This document shows, one piece after another, positions 40,069-49,668 of a stretch of DNA of 64,000 nt. The stretch is from Bacilli bacterium (GTDB taxonomy: Bacteria; Bacillota_I; Bacilli_A; RF39; UBA660): NCBI GenBank assembly GCA_017622175.1, contig JAGARQ010000016.1, positions 26-64,025 on the forward strand, read 5' to 3'. Each line of letters opens with the position of its first letter. Within the stretch, counting starts at the first letter, position 1. The position numbers and the translations under genes were made by a program. Below the pieces are notes generated by a model. It did no database searches and was not told the origin of the DNA. It worked only from the letters and a program-made list of their open reading frames with translations.

Positions 40069-41055
40069 ATGTCAATTATTAAACAAAGAGGAACTTTGAA
40101 TAAAGCGATAAACAAAGCAAAAACAGTATTTTTAATGGGTCATAAAGATTTGGATTTAGACGCCTTAGGAAGTTCGATAGGAATGTATCTATTACTTAAA
40201 GGAAAAAGAAAAGAATGTTATATAGTAGTAGATGATTTAACTCATGAATTGGGAGTAGAAAAAGTATTAAGAGAACTAGAAGGCTGCATTAAAATAATTA
40301 AAAGCGAAAATGTTGAAAAATACATGAACCAAAGAGAAGCAAAAAACTTGTTACTTATATTAGATACTAATAAGGCAGATTTAGTTCAAAATAAAGATTT
40401 ATTAAAGAAATTCGATAATAAGCTAATTATAGACCATCATGACTTATCAAAGTCTAGCATCAAAGATGCGGTTATAATTAACGATACAGAGGTTTCTAGT
40501 ACATGTGAAATGATTACTGAATTAATCGAATATTATGATGTAGAAATAGAATCATACTATGCAACTGTGTTATTAGCAGGTATAGTTTTAGATACAAACA
40601 ATTTCACATTAAAGACTAATCCAGGAACATATTATGCAGCTTACTATTTATCTAGTTTAGGAGCAAGTGCAAAGAAAGTACAATATTTATTAAAGCAAGA
40701 TATTGAAGAATATACCGAAAGACAAAAACTATTAGCTGGAATAGAAACAATTAATGGAAGAATAGCAATAACAAAAGCTACTCCATATACAATTTATAGA
40801 AGAGAAGATCTTGCAAGAGTAGCAGATACACTACTATTCTTTAATAACATTGAAGCATCATTTGTAATTGGTAAGATAGGAAAAGATACAGTAGGAATAA
40901 GTGCAAGAAGCTTAGGAAATTATGAGATAAGTAAAATTCTTGAAAAACTAGGTGGAGGAGGTAGCGACTATAATGGTGCTGCCAAATTCGAAGACACAAC
41001 AATCAGCAACGTTGAAAAGTTGCTAAAAAATACAATAAAAGAAATGGGTGAATAA
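40069..41055 (+). CDS. DHH/DHHA1 family phosphoesterase (stand-alone, in the GdpP position)
   Basis: The DLDALGS, LDTN and IIDHHD motifs are present. The DHHA1 motif reads [11 protein letters not shown]. It lies between rpsR and rplI, where Bacillus encodes GdpP. Confidence 0.8.
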   Translation: MSIIKQRGTLNKAINKAKTVFLMGHKDLDLDALGSSIGMYLLLKGKRKECYIVVDDLTHELGVEKVLRELEGCIKIIKSENVEKYMNQREAKNLLLILDTNKADLVQNKDLLKKFDNKLIIDHHDLSKSSIKDAVIINDTEVSSTCEMITELIEYYDVEIESYYATVLLAGIVLDTNNFTLKTNPGTYYAAYYLSSLGASAKKVQYLLKQDIEEYTERQKLLAGIETINGRIAITKATPYTIYRREDLARVADTLLFFNNIEASFVIGKIGKDTVGISARSLGNYEISKILEKLGGGGSDYNGAAKFEDTTISNVEKLLKNTIKEMGE

Positions 41056-41056
41056 G

Positions 41057-41497
41057 ATGGAAGTAATCTTCATAAAAGATTTAAAAAACCAAGGTAAAAA
41101 GGGAGAAATCAAAAACGTAAAAGATGGTTACGCAGAAAACTTCTTAATCAAACAAGGATATGCAGTGCTAAAAACAAAGGAAAGTTTAGCAAAATTACAA
41201 TGTGAGCAAAGAAATAAAGCAGCACAAGATGCTGAAAATAAGAAAAACGCAGAAAATCTAAAAAAAGATTTAGATAAAGTAGTAATCGACTTCAAAGTAA
41301 AAACAGGAGAAGGAGATAAAGTATTCGGAAGTATTAGTGTTAAACAAATTAAAGACGAACTTCAAAATAAGGGATTTAAAATTGATAAAAGTCAAATTGA
41401 AATTACAAATCCAATTGCAGCACTTGGATTTCACAATGTAAATATTAAATTATATCCAAGTATTACAGCAGTAATAAAAGTACACGTAATAAAATAG
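41057..41497 (+). CDS. rplI: 50S ribosomal protein L9
   Basis: [31 protein letters not shown]. Confidence 0.95.
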   Translation: MEVIFIKDLKNQGKKGEIKNVKDGYAENFLIKQGYAVLKTKESLAKLQCEQRNKAAQDAENKKNAENLKKDLDKVVIDFKVKTGEGDKVFGSISVKQIKDELQNKGFKIDKSQIEITNPIAALGFHNVNIKLYPSITAVIKVHVIK

Positions 41498-41507
41498 AGG
41501 TGATAAC

Positions 41508-42860
41508 ATGAATGGTAGAGTTTTACCAAACAATTTAGAAGCAGAACAATCTGTTTTAGGTGCATGTTTCTTATCAAAGTATGCTTTACAAAAAGCTGGC
41601 GAAAATTTAACTCCAGAGGCTTTTTATAATGACAAAAATGGTAAAATATTCGCTACCATGATATCTCTAATGGAAGAACATACACCAATAGATTTAACAA
41701 CAGTAACAAGTGCTTTAAAAAAGAAAAATGAATTAACAGAAGTGGGTGGAGTTGAATATTTAACAGAAATAATTAACTTTGTTCCAACAGCAAGTAATAT
41801 AGATTATTATATAAAAACTGTGGAAGAAGCCGCATTACTTCGTAGATTAATTGAAACAGCAACAGAAATAGCAACAGAAGGTTATAGAACAGATGAAACT
41901 GTTAATGAAATACTTGATAGTTCAGAAAAGAAAATACTAAATATTGTTAAAAATAGAAAATCTAGTGAATTTAGAAGTATTAAAGATGTTTTAGCCAAAA
42001 CACAATCTGATCTTGAAAGATTATCAGAAAACAAAGGTGAAATCACAGGATTAGCAACAGGATGGTATGACTTTGATAAGTTAACAACAGGACTACATCC
42101 AAATGAATTTATTATCATCGCAGCACGTCCTGCAATGGGAAAAACAGCTTTTGCCTTAAATTTAGCAACACATGTAGCAATGACACAAGATAAATCAGTA
42201 GCAGTATTTAACTTAGAAATGTCTGCAGAACAATTAGCAATGCGTATTTTATCATCAGTTGGGCAATTAGAAGGGTTTAAATTGCGTACAGGAAACTTGC
42301 TAAATAATGATTGGAAAAGAATTAATGAAGCAGTATCACAACTTGCTAATACTAACTTAGTAATAGATGATACACCAGGTATTACAATTGGAGAAATAAG
42401 AGCAAAATGTAGACGCCTAGCTAGCAGTGAAAAAGGTTTAGCATTAGTTGTTATTGACTACCTACAACTAATTTCTGGCGGTAAAAACTATGGTACAAAT
42501 CGTCAACAAGAAGTTTCGGATATTTCCAGAAGTTTAAAAACACTTGCCTTAGAACTTGGTGTACCAGTAATTGCATTATCACAATTATCACGTAGTGTTG
42601 AAGGAAGAGAAGATAAACGTCCATTAATGAGTGACTTACGTGAATCTGGTTCAATTGAACAAGATGCTGATATTGTTGGATTCTTGTATCGTGATGATTA
42701 TTATAATAAAGAAGCAAGAACAGAAGATAATAACAGTATCAGTGAATTTATTATCGGAAAACATCGTAATGGTCCAACAGCAACAGTAGAATTATTATTT
42801 AAAAAGAATACATCAACATTCTTGAATCTACGTAAAGATCGAGATAGTGTGGAGGGGTAA
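41508..42860 (+). CDS. dnaB: replicative DNA helicase (DnaB family; called DnaC in Bacillus nomenclature)
   Basis: PNNLEAEQSVLGA, ARPAMGKTAFALN, SQLSRSVE and RESGSIEQDADIV. Confidence 0.95.
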   Translation: MNGRVLPNNLEAEQSVLGACFLSKYALQKAGENLTPEAFYNDKNGKIFATMISLMEEHTPIDLTTVTSALKKKNELTEVGGVEYLTEIINFVPTASNIDYYIKTVEEAALLRRLIETATEIATEGYRTDETVNEILDSSEKKILNIVKNRKSSEFRSIKDVLAKTQSDLERLSENKGEITGLATGWYDFDKLTTGLHPNEFIIIAARPAMGKTAFALNLATHVAMTQDKSVAVFNLEMSAEQLAMRILSSVGQLEGFKLRTGNLLNNDWKRINEAVSQLANTNLVIDDTPGITIGEIRAKCRRLASSEKGLALVVIDYLQLISGGKNYGTNRQQEVSDISRSLKTLALELGVPVIALSQLSRSVEGREDKRPLMSDLRESGSIEQDADIVGFLYRDDYYNKEARTEDNNSISEFIIGKHRNGPTATVELLFKKNTSTFLNLRKDRDSVEG

Positions 42861-42864
42861 AATA

Positions 42865-44367
42865 ATGTCTAAAAGAACAAAAATAATAACTATAGTTGTA
42901 ATTATTTTATCAGTTGTTCTAACAGTAGGATTTTCATTTAAGATAAAAGCACCAAAAACTGTATACAGAGTATACCTTGAAGGTAAATCATTAGGAATAA
43001 TAAAGTCCAAAAAAGCATTAGAAAACTATATAGATAAAAAGCAACAACAAATAAAAGAAGAATATGGAGTAGATAAAGTATATGCTCCAGAAGATATTGA
43101 TATTATTAAAGAAATAACATTTAACGAAGATGTAACGAGCGTAAAAAAGATATATAACAAAATAGAAGGTACATCCCCTTTTACGATTAATGGATATAAA
43201 ATTACAGTTAAAGGTGTAGAAACCACTGAAGGTCATGAGATGGTAAAAGGAGAAAACAAAACAATTTATGTAATTGATAAAGATACTTTTGTAGAAGCAA
43301 TAGATAATACTGTAAAATCATTTATTGAAGAAGAAGATTATACAAATTTTGCAAATGATACACAAACAAAAATAGAAGATACAGGAAAAATAATTGAAAA
43401 AATCTACCTAGAAAACAAAGTTACAATCAAAAAACAAAATATACCTGTTGATGAAAAAATATATCAAGATGAAGTAGAGTTAAGTCAGTACCTATTATTT
43501 GGTACTACAGAGAAACAAAAAGAATATGTTGTTCAAGCAGGAGACACAATAGAAGATATATCATTTAATAATAAAATGTCCACAGAGGAATTTTTAATAG
43601 CAAATCCATCATATACTGATGAAAATAGTTTATTATCACCAGGACAAATTGTTAACATAGGAATTCTTAATCCACAAGTCAATGTTGTTGAACAAGACTA
43701 TGTTGTAGAAAGAGTAGCAAAAAAATACACTACAGAAATTCGCTATGATAATAGTCAATTTGTTGGTTATCAAGCAACTACTCAATATGGAGTAGATGGA
43801 GAAAACAGAGTTACTCAAAGAGTATATAAGATAAATGGGGACACAAAATCCATCGAACCATTAAGTACAGAGGTTATAAAAGCTGCAGTTAACGAAGTAA
43901 TCGTTAAAGGTAAAAAAAGTTATGGATCAGGATATGGAAGTCATGTTGCAGTATCTGGATCATGGGGATGGCCAGCTTCATGTAGTTCAGTTTCAAGTTA
44001 CTACGGATGGAGATGGGGATCATTACACAAAGGAATCGATATCGCAGGTTGTGGAGAAGGATCATATATCTTTGCAGCCCAAGCAGGAACAGTTGTTGTA
44101 TCACAAAGAACACGTGGAGGTTATGCCGGTGGTTATGGAACTAACGGCGAGTACATTATAATTGATCATGGAAACGGTTATTATACAGAATATGCTCATA
44201 TGTGTCCAGGATGTCGTTATGTTCAAGAAGGACAAGTTGTAGAAAAAGGAACACCAATAGGAGGAATGGGAAGAACAGGAGCCGCTACCGGAGTTCATAT
44301 TCACTTCGCTATTTGGAGTGGATATCCATTTAGAGGAACACCGTTAAACCCAATGAATTTCTACTAA
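42865..44367 (+). CDS. membrane-anchored M23 family metallopeptidase with LysM and G5-like domains
   Basis: N-terminal TM helix, LysM (YVVQAGDTIEDISFNNKMSTEEFLIANP), a G5-like segment (YGVDGENRVTQRVYKINGD) and M23 motifs (HKGIDIA, HIHFAI). Confidence 0.8.
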   Translation: MSKRTKIITIVVIILSVVLTVGFSFKIKAPKTVYRVYLEGKSLGIIKSKKALENYIDKKQQQIKEEYGVDKVYAPEDIDIIKEITFNEDVTSVKKIYNKIEGTSPFTINGYKITVKGVETTEGHEMVKGENKTIYVIDKDTFVEAIDNTVKSFIEEEDYTNFANDTQTKIEDTGKIIEKIYLENKVTIKKQNIPVDEKIYQDEVELSQYLLFGTTEKQKEYVVQAGDTIEDISFNNKMSTEEFLIANPSYTDENSLLSPGQIVNIGILNPQVNVVEQDYVVERVAKKYTTEIRYDNSQFVGYQATTQYGVDGENRVTQRVYKINGDTKSIEPLSTEVIKAAVNEVIVKGKKSYGSGYGSHVAVSGSWGWPASCSSVSSYYGWRWGSLHKGIDIAGCGEGSYIFAAQAGTVVVSQRTRGGYAGGYGTNGEYIIIDHGNGYYTEYAHMCPGCRYVQEGQVVEKGTPIGGMGRTGAATGVHIHFAIWSGYPFRGTPLNPMNFY

Positions 44368-44368
44368 T

Positions 44369-45124
44369 ATGAAAATAAAAACAATAGCCAGTGGTTCAAA
44401 AGGAAATTGTTCAATAGTCTTAAGTGATGAGACAAAATTTATAATAGACATGGGAATTTCCTACTTAACTTTAAAAAAAAGTTTAGAAGAAAATTCCCTT
44501 TCTTTTGACCAATTTACTGGTGTATTAATAACACATAATCACAAAGACCATATAAACGGTTTAGCATCATTAATTAAAAAAACTAATCTACAACTATTTA
44601 TCCCAATAGAAATGTATGAAGGAATAAAAGAAATAGTACCAAAGGATAGATGTGAGTTTATAGACGACATTCAAAAAATAAGTGATACAACAATTGAATT
44701 AATACACACTTCTCACGATGCTCCATGTTCACTTGGATATATTATTTCAGATAGTAAATCTAGTATTGTATATGTAACAGATACTGGATATATAAATAGA
44801 AAATATCTATCTAAAATGGTAAATAAAGAATTATATCTAATAGAAAGTAATCATGATGAAGTGATGTTAATGGATGGACCATATCCAAGATTTTTAAAAG
44901 AAAGAGTAATAAGTGATAAAGGCCACCTATCAAATACAACAACGGCAAAATACCTAAAGAAACTTGTAGGAGACCGTACTAAACATATAATACTTGCACA
45001 TATAAGCGAAAAAAACAATACAGAAGAATTAGCATATACTTGTACAAAAGAGATGCTAGAAAACGATAAAATTCATATTACAATAGCTAAACAATATGAA
45101 GAAAGTCCAATGATTGAGGTATAA
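44369..45124 (+). CDS. MBL-fold metallo-hydrolase (YycJ/WalJ-like)
   Basis: HNHKDH (an HxHxDH variant). It lies immediately upstream of rlmH, as yycJ does in Bacillus. Confidence 0.75.
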   Translation: MKIKTIASGSKGNCSIVLSDETKFIIDMGISYLTLKKSLEENSLSFDQFTGVLITHNHKDHINGLASLIKKTNLQLFIPIEMYEGIKEIVPKDRCEFIDDIQKISDTTIELIHTSHDAPCSLGYIISDSKSSIVYVTDTGYINRKYLSKMVNKELYLIESNHDEVMLMDGPYPRFLKERVISDKGHLSNTTTAKYLKKLVGDRTKHIILAHISEKNNTEELAYTCTKEMLENDKIHITIAKQYEESPMIEV

Positions 45125-45125
45125 A

Positions 45126-45581
45126 ATGATAAAAATAATAACTGTAGGAAGCATAAAAGAAAAATATTTAAAAGATGCAATTGATGAATATTTAAAAAGA
45201 TTAAAAAAATACACAAACATAGAAATAATTGAACTAAAAGATGAAGGACTAGTTGAAGAACAAAAAGCAATTCAATTGGAAGGAGAAAAAATATTAAAAA
45301 ATATTTCTCCAAAAGATTATTTAATTACACTAGAAATAGAAGGAAAAGAGTATTCATCAGAAGAATTTGCTGCAAAAATAAATCAAATTCAAATTGAAAA
45401 TAGTAATATTGTTTTTGTAATTGGTGGAAGCTACGGATTAAGTAAAGAAATAAAAGAAAAATCTAAAATGCACTTATCATTTTCCAAAATGACTTTTCCT
45501 CATCAGTTATTTAGAGTATTTTTATTAGAACAAATATATAGAGCATACAAGATATTAAATAATGAAAGTTATCACAAATAG
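45126..45581 (+). CDS. rlmH: 23S rRNA (pseudouridine1915-N3)-methyltransferase
   Basis: SPOUT family. MIKIITVGSIKEKYLKDAIDEYLKRL, FVIGGSYGL and the HQLFRVFLLEQIYRA ending. Confidence 0.9.
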   Translation: MIKIITVGSIKEKYLKDAIDEYLKRLKKYTNIEIIELKDEGLVEEQKAIQLEGEKILKNISPKDYLITLEIEGKEYSSEEFAAKINQIQIENSNIVFVIGGSYGLSKEIKEKSKMHLSFSKMTFPHQLFRVFLLEQIYRAYKILNNESYHK

Positions 45582-45589
45582 GAGGAAAT

Positions 45590-46252
45590 ATGATTGGAAA
45601 TAGTTGGGATAAACTTCTAGAAGAAGAGTATAAAAAAGATTATTTTGTAAATCTAATGGAATTCGTTAAAAATGAATATAAAAACAAGACAATTTATCCA
45701 AAACAGAATGAAGTTTTTAATGCATTTAGATATACAAGTTTTGAAGATGTTAAAGTTGTAATTCTTGGACAAGACCCATATCATGGCCCAAATCAAGCAG
45801 AAGGGTTATCATTTTCTGTAAGCAATGAAGTGTTAAAACCACCATCATTAAAAAACATTTTTAAGGAACTAGAAAGTGATTTAGGAATACAATTTCCGGA
45901 AGCAAATTCACTTATTCCATGGGCAAAAGAAGGCGTATTATTACTAAATGCAGTTTTAACAGTTCAAGAACATACCCCGACATCTCACAAAGATAAAGGA
46001 TGGGAAACATTTACTGATAATGTAATAAAAGTACTTAATAAAAAAACAACACCAGTTGTATTTATATTATGGGGAAGCTATGCTAGAAATAAAAAGGAAC
46101 TAATTACAAATCCACTTCACTATATAATTGAATCCCCACATCCATCACCATTTTCTGCCAGAACAGGATTTTTTGGGAGTAAGCCATTCTCAAAAACAAA
46201 CGAATATTTAAAAAGTAAAGGAATAAAAGAAATAAATTGGAGAGTAGAATAA
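45590..46252 (+). CDS. ung: uracil-DNA glycosylase
   Basis: VVILGQDPYHGPNQAEGLSFSV and the HPSPFSA motif. Confidence 0.95.
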   Translation: MIGNSWDKLLEEEYKKDYFVNLMEFVKNEYKNKTIYPKQNEVFNAFRYTSFEDVKVVILGQDPYHGPNQAEGLSFSVSNEVLKPPSLKNIFKELESDLGIQFPEANSLIPWAKEGVLLLNAVLTVQEHTPTSHKDKGWETFTDNVIKVLNKKTTPVVFILWGSYARNKKELITNPLHYIIESPHPSPFSARTGFFGSKPFSKTNEYLKSKGIKEINWRVE

Positions 46253-46286
46253 CTCTCTTTTTCTTATTAACAAAATATTCGTAAGA

Positions 46287-46315
46287 TTGACAAAATTGAT
46301 GTTTTATGGTATAAT
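46287..46315 (+). promoter_or_regulatory. putative sigma-A promoter of the 558-aa orphan gene
   Basis: TTGACA, a 17-nt spacer, then TATAAT. Confidence 0.55.
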
Positions 46316-46357
46316 TAGCCCATTAATTGGGTATATATCCAAAAAGGGGACGGTAAA

Positions 46358-48034
46358 ATGAATTATACAATGATATACGATAAAATAATGAATCCATTAG
46401 ATGATTCACTAGTTTTAGATCAATTATTAGAAGCTTATGCAGAAGGTTCAAGTTTTTATTCTGCACTAACTAAAAGATTTTCTAAAGATAAAAATTTACT
46501 ATATAGTAAATCCGCTCGTGATGAACTACATGCTTCAATATTTAATAGATGGAAAAAATCATTATTATCAATAACACCTGAACAATATAATAAAGCAATT
46601 AGAGATAAATTATATAAAAAGAATATTTTTAAATTAGTTAGTTTTTTAGAGAAAGTTCCAGATGTTAAAACAGAAAAAGAAGCAACAGATATTTTAAATA
46701 AAACATATCAAGATAAAGAATTATCAGAAGCAATGGAAGAATATCGATGGGATTCTATTGGGGAATTTAGTGGATGGACCCATATTAGTGAAAGATACAT
46801 AAACGGTAAGCAAACAAGAACACCAAAAATAGAACACAGATTATATATAAATACAGATTTAATGGACGTTCATAAGATGTCAAAGATATTTATGGACAAA
46901 TGTATTGCTAAAAAATTACCATATTATTTTAAAATAGGTGAATGTGATAGAAGAGATGATAATATCGTTATTTACTCAGATACAAAACTTTTACCTCATT
47001 ATCTAGGTGTATTAAAAGAAATAGAAGATGAATATCCGGATTTAGTAAAACGATGCGGTAGACCTCCGATATTATCAGGAGTAATTCGTAACTGGATTGG
47101 ATATGGTAGTGAACCAATACAATTATCAGGACAAGAATCATTTAATGGAATTAGAGCAAAATCAATAGAAAAAGCAATAGATGAAGAATTATTGAGTTGG
47201 TATAGAAATCATAAAGATACAACGATGACAATACAAGGGCAAACAATTAGTCTTCAAGAATATTTTGTTAGACAAGTAGTTAAAACTAAAATAAAAAGGA
47301 TGCTTGATTATCGAAGAAAACATCCAAATAATAACTATATAAAATATACAGAACAAGAAATTCAATCAAAAGATTTTGCAAAAAGAATGGCAAATATGGT
47401 TAGAGCACAAATGCCAAGTATATTTAGTAATTATATGTATGATAAAAAGCAAACTGTTAAAATTGAAGTACCTATAAAAAAAGATGTTAATGCAACTATT
47501 TATTCATCAGATATTACAACAGAATTCAAAAAATTTATTTCAATTATAAAAGCTAACGATCCTGGATTTGTTAAAAGAGTAAAGAAAAGAATAGAATTAG
47601 ATGCAGTAAAAAGAGGAATAGATCCAAATAAATACTGCTTTGATATTGAAAATGCAGATTTATTAAGAAAACAAGATGGTGAACCAATTAAGAAAAAAAC
47701 ATCGACTACAGATAAAAAAGAAGAAAAGAAAGGTCCAAGACAACCGATTAACGATACACCAAGATATCATCGACCAGCAGGAACACCAACATCTTATAAA
47801 CCAATGACAGATGCTGAAATAAGAGAATCTCAAAGAAAGTTAGCAGAATGTCCACCTGTTCAAGAAACTGGAAAGAAGAAAGTATCACCAACAAACGATA
47901 CACCAAAATATCATCGACCAGCAGGAACACCAACATTTTATAAACCAATGACAGATGAAGAAATAAGAGAGTCTCAAAGAAAATTAGCAGAAGTTCCAAT
48001 GGTAAAAGTAAAAACAAAAAAAGTTACACAATAA
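46358..48034 (+). CDS. hypothetical protein, 558 aa, with a tandemly repeated basic C-terminal module
   Basis: Strong GGGGA RBS, its own promoter and its own terminator. The central block HRLYINTD...YYFKI...RRDDNIVIYSD...GRPPILSG..WIGYGSEP reminds me of HopA1-like family proteins, but this is from memory and unverified. Confidence 0.7.
   Translation: MNYTMIYDKIMNPLDDSLVLDQLLEAYAEGSSFYSALTKRFSKDKNLLYSKSARDELHASIFNRWKKSLLSITPEQYNKAIRDKLYKKNIFKLVSFLEKVPDVKTEKEATDILNKTYQDKELSEAMEEYRWDSIGEFSGWTHISERYINGKQTRTPKIEHRLYINTDLMDVHKMSKIFMDKCIAKKLPYYFKIGECDRRDDNIVIYSDTKLLPHYLGVLKEIEDEYPDLVKRCGRPPILSGVIRNWIGYGSEPIQLSGQESFNGIRAKSIEKAIDEELLSWYRNHKDTTMTIQGQTISLQEYFVRQVVKTKIKRMLDYRRKHPNNNYIKYTEQEIQSKDFAKRMANMVRAQMPSIFSNYMYDKKQTVKIEVPIKKDVNATIYSSDITTEFKKFISIIKANDPGFVKRVKKRIELDAVKRGIDPNKYCFDIENADLLRKQDGEPIKKKTSTTDKKEEKKGPRQPINDTPRYHRPAGTPTSYKPMTDAEIRESQRKLAECPPVQETGKKKVSPTNDTPKYHRPAGTPTFYKPMTDEEIRESQRKLAEVPMVKVKTKKVTQ
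47750..47992 (+). repeat. two 99-nt direct repeats (period 144 nt) inside the orphan gene
   Basis: 47750-47848 and 47894-47992 are about 90% identical. They encode NDTP(R/K)YHRPAGTPT(S/F)YKPMTD(A/E)EIRESQRKLAE. Confidence 0.85.
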
Positions 48035-48048
48035 AGTGTAACTTTTTA
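48022..48048. terminator. bidirectional terminator between the orphan gene and pta
   Basis: AGTTACAC-AATAAA-GTGTAACT, with an A-run upstream and a T-run downstream. Confidence 0.7.
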
Positions 48049-48053
48049 TTTTG

Positions 48054-49049
48054 CTAATTATTTTGTGCTTGAACAGCAGTAATAGCAATCACACCAACGA
48101 TATCGTCAGAACTACATCCTCTAGACAAATCATTAACAGGCGCCGCAATTCCTTGGCAAATTGGTCCATAAGCTTCAGCCTTAGCTAGTCTTTGCACTAA
48201 TTTATAACCAATATTACCAGCATCTAAGTCTGGAAATACTAAAACATTAGCACAACCAGCAACTGAACTATTAGGAGCCTTAGAAGCAGCTACACTTGGA
48301 ATAATTGCCGCATCTAATTGTAATTCTCCATCCATTTGATAATGAGGGTATTTTTCCTTTGCAATTTTAACCGCTTCAACAACTTTGTCAACATCTTCGT
48401 GTTTAGCACTTCCCATAGTTGAGTGAGATAAAAAAGCAACTTTTGGTTCTTCATTAACTAATAACTTAAAACTATCTGCACTACTAGCCGCAATAGCTGC
48501 TAACTTAGAAGAGTCAGGATTTTGTTCAAGACCACAGTCAGCAAATATAAATGTTCCATTAGCTCCAAAATCACAATTAGGTACTACCATTAAAAAGAAT
48601 GCTGAAACCAATTCTACACCAGGCTTTGTTTTTACAATTTGTAATGCCGGTCTTAATGTGTTTGATGTTGAATGACATGCACCAGAAACACATCCATCTG
48701 CTTTACCATCTTTAACAAGCATACATGCATAATACATATAATCTTCTAATAATAAACGCTTTGCCTCATCATATGTCATACCTTTATTTTTTCTTAATTC
48801 TACAAGTTTTAATATTAAATCTTCAGTTAATTCACTAGTATAAGGATTAATAATAGTTGCATGGCTAATATCCAAACCTTGAGAATTTCTTAATATTTCC
48901 TCATCAGTTCCAATAATAATAATATTAGCAATATTTTCTTTTAATACCTTACTAGCAGCCTCCATAACACGTCTATCCATTGACTCTGGCAATACAATAG
49001 TTTTCTTATTTGTTTTGGCTCTTTCTTTAATACTTTCAATAAAACTCAT
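48054..49049 (-). CDS. pta: phosphate acetyltransferase
   Basis: IVLPESMDRRVMEAA, DGCVSGACHSTSNTLRPALQI and the SRGCSSDDI ending. The start is either the ATG at 49049 or the GTG at 49058. Confidence 0.9.
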   Translation of the reverse strand: MSFIESIKERAKTNKKTIVLPESMDRRVMEAASKVLKENIANIIIIGTDEEILRNSQGLDISHATIINPYTSELTEDLILKLVELRKNKGMTYDEAKRLLLEDYMYYACMLVKDGKADGCVSGACHSTSNTLRPALQIVKTKPGVELVSAFFLMVVPNCDFGANGTFIFADCGLEQNPDSSKLAAIAASSADSFKLLVNEEPKVAFLSHSTMGSAKHEDVDKVVEAVKIAKEKYPHYQMDGELQLDAAIIPSVAASKAPNSSVAGCANVLVFPDLDAGNIGYKLVQRLAKAEAYGPICQGIAAPVNDLSRGCSSDDIVGVIAITAVQAQNN

Positions 49050-49064
49050 TACTAACACTTCTTT

Positions 49065-49598
49065 CTACTTCTCATTTAATATTTCATACATTTCTTTTTT
49101 CTCATTATTATAAAACTCTTTTTTCTTATATCTCCATAGTAAAGCAACTACATTTGAAGGAAAACTTCCAACTAATTGGTTAAAAACAACTACATTATCA
49201 TTATAAAACTTAGTTGATCCCAATATTGCTTCTTCATTGCCATTAAGTTCTTCAACTATAGAAAGTAATGCTTCGCTTTTGTACAATTTTTCATTTTCAT
49301 CTAATATTTTATTTAATTCGTTATGTAGTGCTTTCAAACTATTATTCATTTCAAAATGATTAATAGTTGTTTCATTTAAATATTCAATATCTTCTAAAAA
49401 TTCCTTCAGTTTAAGTTCTTTTTTTACAATTGGTCTTGTTCTTTCAAGTAATTGCATCTTTTTATCAAAAAGAATATCAATATTATTTTCTGCTTCAGCA
49501 ATCTTTATAATAGCAAAATTAAATTTATTATAATAAAAAGTTATAATTAATAAAATCAATGAAATCACAATAATAATTCCCAAAATAGTATATAACAT
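49065..49598 (-). CDS. LemA family protein
   Basis: N-terminal TM helix and a C-terminal FYNDNVVVFNQLVGSFPSNVVA pattern typical of LemA. Confidence 0.7.
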   Translation of the reverse strand: MLYTILGIIIVISLILLIITFYYNKFNFAIIKIAEAENNIDILFDKKMQLLERTRPIVKKELKLKEFLEDIEYLNETTINHFEMNNSLKALHNELNKILDENEKLYKSEALLSIVEELNGNEEAILGSTKFYNDNVVVFNQLVGSFPSNVVALLWRYKKKEFYNNEKKEMYEILNEK

Positions 49599-49668
49599 CT
49601 AATCACCTCTATACTATGACAATTATATCAAATTAACTTTTTTTTCTCAATAATAAACTATATAATGA

